From IMG/VR virus record IMGVR_UViG_3300033067_000628, positions 1 through 64,000 of that record: a stretch of DNA of 64,000 nucleotides. One strand, written 5' to 3'. Numbering within the stretch: position 1 is the first letter of the stretch; every line of letters starts with the position of its first letter. Shown here in pieces: positions 1 to 8,029 of the stretch. Position numbers and translations under genes: made by a program. The notes below the pieces were generated by a model. It worked only from the letters and a program-made list of their open reading frames with translations. It had not been told where the DNA came from and made no database searches. Source of the stretch: a virus (lineage: Duplodnaviria > Caudoviricetes).

Positions 1-13
1 TTGTTACAGCCAT
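1..13 (-). CDS. 5' end of a gene truncated by the window edge (starts MAVT)
   Basis: ATG at 13..11, preceded by AAAGGGGG (SD-like) just after the stop of the 145-aa gene. Only 4 codons are visible. Confidence 0.4.
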
Positions 14-30
14 GGTTAGCCCCCTTTAGG

Positions 31-468
31 TTACCTGGTATAGAATGCACGTAAGTTAGACCCGGATTGAGGAGCATTACTTGCATCCAAAGTAATGGTC
101 GCAGAGCTCAATACGTAATCATTTCCTGCGCCTGGACTCATTATAAGGCCGTCACGAAAAAGCATGAGGCTGGTCGTAGGGTTAGGAGCAAAGGCTAGAC
201 TGAATACATTATTTGATCCATCTATAGCCCCTCCTGGTATTTCATTATAAACAGCAATGGCCCCTGTCTGTACGTTAATACCTGCAACTGATAGGCTCAA
301 TACCTTACGGTGTAGATCATCTACTAACGTTCCTATCTGTCTAAGATAGGAGTCTATAGAATTGAACCTACTAGAATTAGAAGTAGCTAGATTAGAAAAG
401 TCATCGGCATTAGGCAATGCCAATACATCCTTCTCAAGCTCCAGTACACGTCCAGATAGATCAGTCAT
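31..468 (-). CDS. Small tail/baseplate-associated protein (coiled coil plus beta-sandwich module)
   Basis: The N-terminus is heptad-like. The C-terminal NEIPGGAIDGSNNVFSL...NDYVLSSATITL...APQSGSNLRAFY pattern is typical of small beta modules in phage tail proteins. TAATG-coupled to the upstream gene. Confidence 0.55.
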   Translation of the reverse strand: MTDLSGRVLELEKDVLALPNADDFSNLATSNSSRFNSIDSYLRQIGTLVDDLHRKVLSLSVAGINVQTGAIAVYNEIPGGAIDGSNNVFSLAFAPNPTTSLMLFRDGLIMSPGAGNDYVLSSATITLDASNAPQSGSNLRAFYTR

Positions 469-1799
469 TAGACAACGTTATTTTGAGTAACCGTAAAGGC
501 TAAGCCCAGTCCTTTTGCTGTAGGAGTTGTACCAACGGGGAATGGAGACTGATATCCACCAGAGCTCTTTATGTACTGTAGAGTATATATTGCATATATA
601 CTTGAAGCACCATTCATACTAATGACACCACCAACGCCAAGCTGCTGTGGTAGCTGATTAGCTGAAGAGTCCCATAAGACTCTAGTAAAGTCTGGTGTAG
701 TTGACAGTCTCAATCTAACGTGTCTATTAGATGCATCTTCTAAGAAGAAGTTTGGATTAGGATCTATCCGATATAGGTTAGCAAACCCGAATCCTGTTGG
801 TGCATCTATTTTAACTATTGCCGTAATAGCTTGTCCAAACGATTGGTCTGCTGATAGGGTCTTGTCATAGTCTACAAGCTTAAGTCCTAACTCTTGCATT
901 CCATAGATAAAGACTTTCTTACCGTCTATCTCACGCCAGTTGCGTGAACGCAGTCTTATCTTGATCTGTTCCACGTCCCGTGGAGAGAAGTGATATCTAG
1001 TTGCTACAGCGTTATTGATTGCTGCAAAGTTATCTAACGTAGTAAAAGAAGTAGACACATCAGAAGCTGTAGCTAGCTGTATGATATCTACAGAGCCTTC
1101 TGGGAAGGGTACAACTTCTAATAGGTTAGCTTGTGCTGACACACCAGCGGGGACAACTGCTGTGACTTGGCACTCTACTTCTTCAATAGGAGAATCAATA
1201 GGGAACGTAACAGTTCTTACCCATATAGATTCATTCAAACCATTGAAAGCATTCTCAGGTATACCTTCAGAAACTTCGCCACCGTATTCGTAGTTCTTAA
1301 TACCATTACCATCTACCTTGTCAAAGGTATTAGTAACTGTTACAGAGAAGTCATCTGGGACTACAATCTGCCCGTTACGTAGAGAGATATTATAGAACCT
1401 ATTATCTACACCATTAGCTGGCAAGAAGATCTCACCAAACTCAGAAGCGAATACGGCCCGCTTACTGTCAGATATAGATGAAGAGAATATGATACCGGAG
1501 GTATCGTGGAAGTCAATATAACGATCCACAATACCACCGGCTTTACCTATTACAAACTCACGGTAGTTGTCAGTCTCTTCCAAAGAAGAAACTCTACGCT
1601 TGAGATACTGGTTATCAGATTCTATATTCCTAATGGTATGCTGAAGTTTGTTATACAAAGTATTAACAGACTCAGACATAGACATTATATCATGGAATAC
1701 AGCATCTTGAAAATCATTATATTCCGTTGAAGATAGAGGTCCACGTAGACGAGCGGGAGCTCGTTTGATCGTAGGTTGTATAATCTTTAACTCGTCCAT
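468..1799 (-). CDS. Virion appendage/baseplate protein, paralogue family member (coiled coil plus discoidin-like domain)
   Basis: N-terminal SSTEYNDFQDAVFHDI plus coiled coil, central AFNGLNESIW (discoidin/F5-8-like motif), C-terminal TTPTAKGLGL. These motifs are shared with the 990, 729 and 907-aa genes. GAGGA SD upstream. Confidence 0.55.
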   Translation of the reverse strand: MDELKIIQPTIKRAPARLRGPLSSTEYNDFQDAVFHDIMSMSESVNTLYNKLQHTIRNIESDNQYLKRRVSSLEETDNYREFVIGKAGGIVDRYIDFHDTSGIIFSSSISDSKRAVFASEFGEIFLPANGVDNRFYNISLRNGQIVVPDDFSVTVTNTFDKVDGNGIKNYEYGGEVSEGIPENAFNGLNESIWVRTVTFPIDSPIEEVECQVTAVVPAGVSAQANLLEVVPFPEGSVDIIQLATASDVSTSFTTLDNFAAINNAVATRYHFSPRDVEQIKIRLRSRNWREIDGKKVFIYGMQELGLKLVDYDKTLSADQSFGQAITAIVKIDAPTGFGFANLYRIDPNPNFFLEDASNRHVRLRLSTTPDFTRVLWDSSANQLPQQLGVGGVISMNGASSIYAIYTLQYIKSSGGYQSPFPVGTTPTAKGLGLAFTVTQNNVV

Positions 1800-1821
1800 G
1801 TGGTTCTATCCTCAGTATAAC

Positions 1822-2157
1822 TTATGCCTCAGAGCCGACTATCTTAACGTTGAAAGAATCAACTTCAGTTAGCGGTGCAAGAGCCGTAATCGTCGCTGTA
1901 ACAGTGGCAGATTCGGATGGAGCAATTGAGACAGAAGACATGTCCAGTACAACACTAAGTTTACTGGAAGCGTCATCGCCAAGAGCACCAACAGCGAGAG
2001 AAAGGTTAACGGGTCTCGGTAGGATGTTTTGGATAGAAAAGCGAAAGATCTTTGCTTCCAACCCTGCCAGTTTCATGATGAGTTCATCGAGAGCAGTTAC
2101 CGGTAGAACAACCGGATCTGCACCTTGAACAGTTAAATTGACTTCAAAGTTTGCCAT
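1822..2157 (-). CDS. Small Ig-like beta-sandwich protein
   Basis: Alternating beta pattern ending SVSIAPSESATVTATITA...FNVKIVG (CARDB/NEW3-like). AAGGAG SD at 2163-2168. Confidence 0.5.
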   Translation of the reverse strand: MANFEVNLTVQGADPVVLPVTALDELIMKLAGLEAKIFRFSIQNILPRPVNLSLAVGALGDDASSKLSVVLDMSSVSIAPSESATVTATITALAPLTEVDSFNVKIVGSEA

Positions 2158-2166
2158 AGTATCTCC

Positions 2167-2862
2167 TTAGGATTTGATAATAGCGTCGTGGGTCTTTTCC
2201 AATTCAATCTTATCAGCAACAGCACGAAGCTGTTCTGGTTCTTCTAATGAGTGTTCAAGACCAATAGCCTTCTTAGCAGAAGAGTATGCAGCCTTAACAT
2301 CTACAGTCCCACCATCTAACGGGTTAAGATTAGATATTACATCAGCAATATGGCCACGAGGTCTCTTCTTTAAGAGAAGGGCAAGAGCATAGCCAATGGG
2401 AAGTATGGCTTCTCTTACACCTGGAGGCAATAGAGCTTCAGCAGCAGGAACGAGTTGACCAGCTACAGCCCAGAAGTCTGGCTTACCTTCGGCATTGGGT
2501 GGAGCTGTTACAGGTATAACCTGTGGAGCAGGGATAGCAGGCTTATACTCATCTATGTCAGTTGTCTTAGGGTCATCCATAACGCCTGGAACGCCTGGCT
2601 TGACGTGTTCCATGGTAGTTACGACTACAATGGTAGCGTCTGGAAGAGCCTTCTTTACAACCTCTTGTAGGGCCTTAGGAAGCTTATCAACTTGAACGGG
2701 GGCTGCTTCCTGTGTTGGGCCTGGAGTCAAAACAGTGCCAGTCTTAAGGTCTTCTTGCTTAACAATAACTGCCTGAGACATGGCATCATCAGATACACAA
2801 GCAGCTACAAACGTGAGTGGGACAATAGCAAGTATTGTCAAAAGAATGTGTTTCATCTTCAT
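2167..2862 (-). CDS. Putative lipoprotein, function unknown
   Basis: Basic N-terminus, hydrophobic core (ILLTILAIVPLTFV) and lipobox VAA-C22. Pro-rich middle and a hydrophobic segment (AILPIGYALALLL). Confidence 0.6.
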   Translation of the reverse strand: MKMKHILLTILAIVPLTFVAACVSDDAMSQAVIVKQEDLKTGTVLTPGPTQEAAPVQVDKLPKALQEVVKKALPDATIVVVTTMEHVKPGVPGVMDDPKTTDIDEYKPAIPAPQVIPVTAPPNAEGKPDFWAVAGQLVPAAEALLPPGVREAILPIGYALALLLKKRPRGHIADVISNLNPLDGGTVDVKAAYSSAKKAIGLEHSLEEPEQLRAVADKIELEKTHDAIIKS

Positions 2863-2863
2863 G

Positions 2864-5836
2864 TTAATATCCTATCTTTAAATAGTAGTTCATAACTTTG
2901 GGTGTTATATTCCCATCAAGGTTACTCGCTCTACTTAGTATAGCCTTCACTATTACCCTGGTAAAGGCGCTTTGCGACTCTCTGGAAATCCATACTAGTT
3001 TCCACTCTTCGGAGTGTGATACCATTCCCGAGCTAGACACATCGGCAGAGAAGGAGTATAGCTCTTCAGTTTCATTAGGCTGGAAGTTAACCACAGCCTG
3101 GTATTTAATACTGTCTCCTATTAGCTGACTTCTAATAGCAAACTTGCTATGATCATCTTTCAGTATATTAGTCTTTAGGTATGGCAGGCTAACTTGCTGC
3201 ATTGGATCCCTAATGGCAGTTAGCTCATTAAAGTATTTGCCACCTTGTACAAATATGTAATCATTATTACGATCCTTCAAAAGAATGACTTGCTCTATTA
3301 AAGAAGTCTTAGAGGAGTTAATCAGTTCTTCTGGAGGTATAGACTTGACTATGAACTGTACCCAGCCTTTAAGCTTAGGCCATAAGATAGCGCTGGTAAG
3401 GTCTACTACGCCAAGACCTGGTATGTTGGCACTTACAGACTCACCACGATCCTTGTCTGGCATCAATACAGTTTGATCGTTAATGGAGTTGGCACCTAAG
3501 GTCTTTACTTCTATCTGCTTACCATTGACATCAGACACATAAGCCCACATAAAGAATTGATGGAGTGCCTTAGAGGTGTCATTAAATTTATAGTCAATGA
3601 AGATATCTGAGTTAGAAGGTATAGTGCCAGTAGTAAGTCTTTGTACCGTACCTGTACCTGTATCAAAGATATAGTCTATACCCTGTCTATAGATACGGGT
3701 CGTAGGTGAGTTACCAAAAGAAGCCTTGACTTTAATAGAGGACTTGATAACGTTACTAGGAACATATCTGTACTTGATAGTAACCTGTTGGTTAGTAAGA
3801 AGTTGAAGTGTCTGAGTATTTAAGAACTTAAAGAAGATCTGCCCGTTCTTGATATCTGATATGAATCTAGTTATGTTGTCATCTATAGTGTAATAGATAT
3901 TGATTCTACTAGCACCATTAAATAGAGGACCGTTAGCTATCTTGCTACCATTGGTAAGTAGTATCTTACCAGTAGGATAGCTATTAGAGTCTAGCTCTAC
4001 GATATAGTCTATACCATCTACGAACTCCTGTACGACCTGTCCTGTGACTTGGCCAGCACCTGGATTGTATATAACATCCTTGATAGAGATATCTGCCTTA
4101 GTCTTGTATACGATATTAGGTTGACCTAAAGACTCATTACTACTAGAGAAAGTAACTCCTGTCTTGACTGTAGCTACCGGGCCAACAGACAGGGCCGCTG
4201 AGTAGATTGCGTAGTTAGGAGCTGTATCTTTATTAGTATCTAATGAGAATGGCGGGACTAAGAAGTGTCCCTTGCTGCTTTGATATAGAGGCGTATTGTT
4301 TAATAGACAAACTCTATCCTCTAAAGAAGAAGATATCCCCTGTAGCAAAACTACTTCTTGTGATATAGTATATAGGTTTTGAACATCACCCTTGCTAAAA
4401 GGAATGAAGTTATCCTTCACTTGCAATGGATTGAAGTTACCCTGACTATCACGGAACCAAGATCTGCCACCACGATATAGCTTAGCTGTACCAAATATAG
4501 GTTCAGAATCTAAAGTAGATATACTATAGAAGTCTATATTGCTAAACGTCATTACGTTAGCATAGGTATCTGATGAGCTTACAATCAGCCGGCTATTTGT
4601 AATAGTATCTTGTACAGATATTATCTTGGGTGGACCAGAGTTACTAGATCTAGACTCTGGAGTAATTGGCATAAGAGAACCAGAAACTTCCCCGGCATCA
4701 TTTGCCATTGCTACAAACCATTGTATGTTTGTATCAACAGGAATAGATTCATCTACGCTAATAGAAATCTTGCCAATAGCATCCAGGTCAGAACCAAAGT
4801 CAAATGGCTTAGACTGATAGGTGGCTGTCTCAGCTCTACCACTTATATAGAGACTAATGTTCTTTAAGCCAAAAGTATATTGGAAGGTAGTAGCATTATC
4901 AGAAGTAACAGAGCTATCTGCTTCAGACTTGGCTAGAGTAACATGCACATACTCGGTAAGGGTATCTGCAAAGTCAAGAGAAACTAAAGCACCTTGATCT
5001 GATAGCTTAACACCAGAAGCATATTCAAGGATCTGCTTCTTGTTATAATTGTCTACGCTAGTAGATATAAAAACTGTCTGTGGCTTATCACCATGATGGA
5101 TAAGAGTTATTCTATTGATGAACTCTTCTGTTTGTAGCTTAAAGGTAAAGCTAACAGAGACAGGGCCATTGGTATCTGACTCTAGTAAGAGACCCCATGG
5201 ATAGCCCGAGTCTTTAAATATATTGCTAAAGGCTGTTCCTGGAACATTGCCCTTAGATAATACAGTTGCCGGGCTTAGGGTCACATTAGCATTAGCTGTA
5301 TCATACAAATGACTAAGTGATATCTTCTTAGTACCCTTACGACCTATTGGCAAAGACAGAGCACCCTCGTGCGTGTCAACAACATTAGGTGTGCTAACAT
5401 CTAGATCTACATTAGTAGTATCAGTAAAATTTTCATTGCTACTGAAGAAGTTATCATCTGCACCTTGCAGAGTAAACAATAAAGAGTCGAGCTTTTTATC
5501 AAGCTTCTTAAGTTCATAAGAGTGAACGTTATGATATAGGTCAGCATATAGCATGCGCTGTAAGCTAGCTATCTCTATATCTGTTAGTTCACTAAATAGA
5601 ATCTTTAGATCAGACAGTATGTTATCTACTGCTTTGTTGTAATTGATGATATCAAAAACAGAACCCTCGCTCTGGGGGATGTATTCAAACCCAGGAGTAG
5701 CGGGCCGATCTGGGGATGGCAATCTATTACCAGCACGTTGAACTACATCTTCAAACGTAGGTACCTTACCCTCTTTGAGTATCTCAAGAAGGAACCTATT
5801 GTAGTTGTACTGATACTGTTTAATAGATATGGCCAT
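2864..5836 (-). CDS. Large virion appendage/baseplate protein, paralogue family member
   Basis: 990 aa and beta-rich. N-terminal IINYNKAVDNILSDLKILF motif, two GIDYI tail-module repeats, C-terminal ITPKVMNYYLK. Confidence 0.6.
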   Translation of the reverse strand: MAISIKQYQYNYNRFLLEILKEGKVPTFEDVVQRAGNRLPSPDRPATPGFEYIPQSEGSVFDIINYNKAVDNILSDLKILFSELTDIEIASLQRMLYADLYHNVHSYELKKLDKKLDSLLFTLQGADDNFFSSNENFTDTTNVDLDVSTPNVVDTHEGALSLPIGRKGTKKISLSHLYDTANANVTLSPATVLSKGNVPGTAFSNIFKDSGYPWGLLLESDTNGPVSVSFTFKLQTEEFINRITLIHHGDKPQTVFISTSVDNYNKKQILEYASGVKLSDQGALVSLDFADTLTEYVHVTLAKSEADSSVTSDNATTFQYTFGLKNISLYISGRAETATYQSKPFDFGSDLDAIGKISISVDESIPVDTNIQWFVAMANDAGEVSGSLMPITPESRSSNSGPPKIISVQDTITNSRLIVSSSDTYANVMTFSNIDFYSISTLDSEPIFGTAKLYRGGRSWFRDSQGNFNPLQVKDNFIPFSKGDVQNLYTISQEVVLLQGISSSLEDRVCLLNNTPLYQSSKGHFLVPPFSLDTNKDTAPNYAIYSAALSVGPVATVKTGVTFSSSNESLGQPNIVYKTKADISIKDVIYNPGAGQVTGQVVQEFVDGIDYIVELDSNSYPTGKILLTNGSKIANGPLFNGASRINIYYTIDDNITRFISDIKNGQIFFKFLNTQTLQLLTNQQVTIKYRYVPSNVIKSSIKVKASFGNSPTTRIYRQGIDYIFDTGTGTVQRLTTGTIPSNSDIFIDYKFNDTSKALHQFFMWAYVSDVNGKQIEVKTLGANSINDQTVLMPDKDRGESVSANIPGLGVVDLTSAILWPKLKGWVQFIVKSIPPEELINSSKTSLIEQVILLKDRNNDYIFVQGGKYFNELTAIRDPMQQVSLPYLKTNILKDDHSKFAIRSQLIGDSIKYQAVVNFQPNETEELYSFSADVSSSGMVSHSEEWKLVWISRESQSAFTRVIVKAILSRASNLDGNITPKVMNYYLKIGY

Positions 5837-5837
5837 A

Positions 5838-8027
5838 CTAGTCTCGTGGGCTCATTATAATACGATATGACTTTAGCAATGGTGTAGTAGAAGAGTTGTC
5901 AGCACCTGAAGGTCTAGACAGTACAGCTCTGAATCTAATCTTCTTAACTGGGCTAGCTGTATAGTTATACTTACTTTCCGAAGCAACTGAAGTAGGTTTC
6001 GGTATATTGAAATTTACAATCCTTGGTATGATATCCCCAGCATCATTAAATTTTGTTGGGGTATTCATTGGATTGATTTGAATCCATTCCGTATCACCTT
6101 CTGGTTTGATATAGTACTTAATCCATTGGGTATGGTTATCGTATGCTGTTGGTATATACTCATCAACATATACGTTTATCTTAATTATCTCTTTTGGTGA
6201 GAGATATGGTATTGATATTATTTCGGATGATTCAGCAAATATATATTGTGCTACTACTAGCTCCCGGATTCCTATTGAGTATCTGATCCGATCATATTGT
6301 GGTTCAAGCCATTGGTCTTTTAGTTTAGCACCAGTACTGTTGAACTTTACCTTAGTAGTTGTTTTGCCAAAACCAAATAGTGAAGCTATCGTTCCTATTG
6401 GATTGACTACTGTAGTTCTAATTGCGTCTGTCAGACTTAGGTTACTCTTCTTGATAGTACTAGCATTTACAACCTCTTGAGTCTCCAGGCTCTTAGGGTC
6501 AAATAGATTCTGTGAGAAAGCTAATGTCTCTAGGTAGGTAAGCTTAACAATAGAATTGGTCACTTCCTTAGTGTTAGTCTTCTTGGTAGAAGAACTAAAT
6601 AGACCCTTCTTCTTTTTAGATACTTCAGTATTAGTTATCTCTTGGAATAGAAGACAGAGGCGTTCGTATATTGCCGGAGTTGGATCCTCTACCAATAGAG
6701 TGATACGAACCTTCTGAGCGAATCTTACTGGGAAGGTAAATACACCTATACCAGAATAAGAGAAGGCAGAAGGAGCAAATGACTTAGCCTGAATGTCATC
6801 AGGCAATACCTTATTAGCTTCCGGGGTTAGTATCTTATCAAAGGCCTGATTGGCAAAACCATCTACAGTTTCAAAGTCAGCGTTCGTAGCAGAGGTTGCT
6901 ATATCTGTTACTTTAATAAAGGAAGAGGTGCCTGACACTACAGGGTTAATCAGTATAAAGTTAATAGGTACTACTGTACCGAAGTCTATGTCTAGATTAA
7001 CTTGCAGATCTCTACCAGAGTAATCGAACTTCCTTGCAAGATCTTCAGCTGTCTTGGCATCAATTGTTATAGTAGCATTAGCATTTTGAGATGCATCTAC
7101 TGTGTCAGATATGTCAACAAGGGGCTCAGTACGATATACAAACTCACACTCCCAGTACGTATCTGGGTCACCATCAAACATAAGCGCACGCTTTGTACGT
7201 TTAGCTTCTTCAGAAGAAGGAACAATAGCAAAGAAACCTTTGTTAGTTACGTCATCTATAGCATTATTGCCAGATACAACAGTAGTACCAAGCTGCGGGA
7301 TATCCTTAGGATTGACAACGTACTTAATATCAAGCCTGCCACCTTCTGGGTTCTGCTGGCCTATAAATGAATAGTACTTACCTTCATAGAACCGTTCAAG
7401 GTTATCAGGTGTAGCATCTGTAGTGACCTTACCATCAGGCCCAGCGGGCTTAATAGGAGAGATCGATATAGTTGTGGTAGGAGAAACTATAGACTTAGAG
7501 TCTACACGGCTAAGAGATAAAGCTCCACCGTCTTGTATAGCTTCAGCCCTAGACAATCCAGTAGACTCTTTGTCAATCTTATTAGCGTTACTAAAGTCAT
7601 CACCAGCAACTAAGACAGCACCTTTGGTAAAGCCATTAAGTAAGTTAAGGTCAAGAACCTTAGATGCAGATATGGAAGCGCTATTGACTATTTCTTTATT
7701 GACTACAGTAGAGTAGTTGAATGCAGCAAGTGCAGTATTAGAAGCAGAGCCTAAGTTAGTATAAGCTTTATTTAGATCTTGATTCAACGTTTTGAGCATT
7801 TCATTATATAGCTCAGACCGTGGAGTGTCAGAAGTTAAAAACTTATTAGGAGTAAAGTATGGTCTACCATATCCTAAAAAGAACTTATTGAACTCTTGTG
7901 TAGCAGAGTTTACAATAACAGATAGCTCAGAGTTAGAAGCTTGAGACTCTTTGATAGTATCAAGATGCTGACTAATCTTATCAGCATCAGAAGGATCTAT
8001 CTTTACAACTGAATATAGGTCGCTCAT
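5838..8027 (-). CDS. Large virion appendage/baseplate protein, paralogue family member
   Basis: 729 aa. RSELYNEMLKTLNQDLNKAY, discoidin-like MFDGDPDTYW, C-terminal TTPLLKSYRII. Confidence 0.6.
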   Translation of the reverse strand: MSDLYSVVKIDPSDADKISQHLDTIKESQASNSELSVIVNSATQEFNKFFLGYGRPYFTPNKFLTSDTPRSELYNEMLKTLNQDLNKAYTNLGSASNTALAAFNYSTVVNKEIVNSASISASKVLDLNLLNGFTKGAVLVAGDDFSNANKIDKESTGLSRAEAIQDGGALSLSRVDSKSIVSPTTTISISPIKPAGPDGKVTTDATPDNLERFYEGKYYSFIGQQNPEGGRLDIKYVVNPKDIPQLGTTVVSGNNAIDDVTNKGFFAIVPSSEEAKRTKRALMFDGDPDTYWECEFVYRTEPLVDISDTVDASQNANATITIDAKTAEDLARKFDYSGRDLQVNLDIDFGTVVPINFILINPVVSGTSSFIKVTDIATSATNADFETVDGFANQAFDKILTPEANKVLPDDIQAKSFAPSAFSYSGIGVFTFPVRFAQKVRITLLVEDPTPAIYERLCLLFQEITNTEVSKKKKGLFSSSTKKTNTKEVTNSIVKLTYLETLAFSQNLFDPKSLETQEVVNASTIKKSNLSLTDAIRTTVVNPIGTIASLFGFGKTTTKVKFNSTGAKLKDQWLEPQYDRIRYSIGIRELVVAQYIFAESSEIISIPYLSPKEIIKINVYVDEYIPTAYDNHTQWIKYYIKPEGDTEWIQINPMNTPTKFNDAGDIIPRIVNFNIPKPTSVASESKYNYTASPVKKIRFRAVLSRPSGADNSSTTPLLKSYRIIMSPRD

Positions 8028-8029
8028 GT

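Noticed and set aside
1800-1860. TATACT -10-like hexamer upstream of the 443-aa gene
   Set aside because: There is no matching -35 element at 17 bp and only one instance, so it is not supportable as a promoter.
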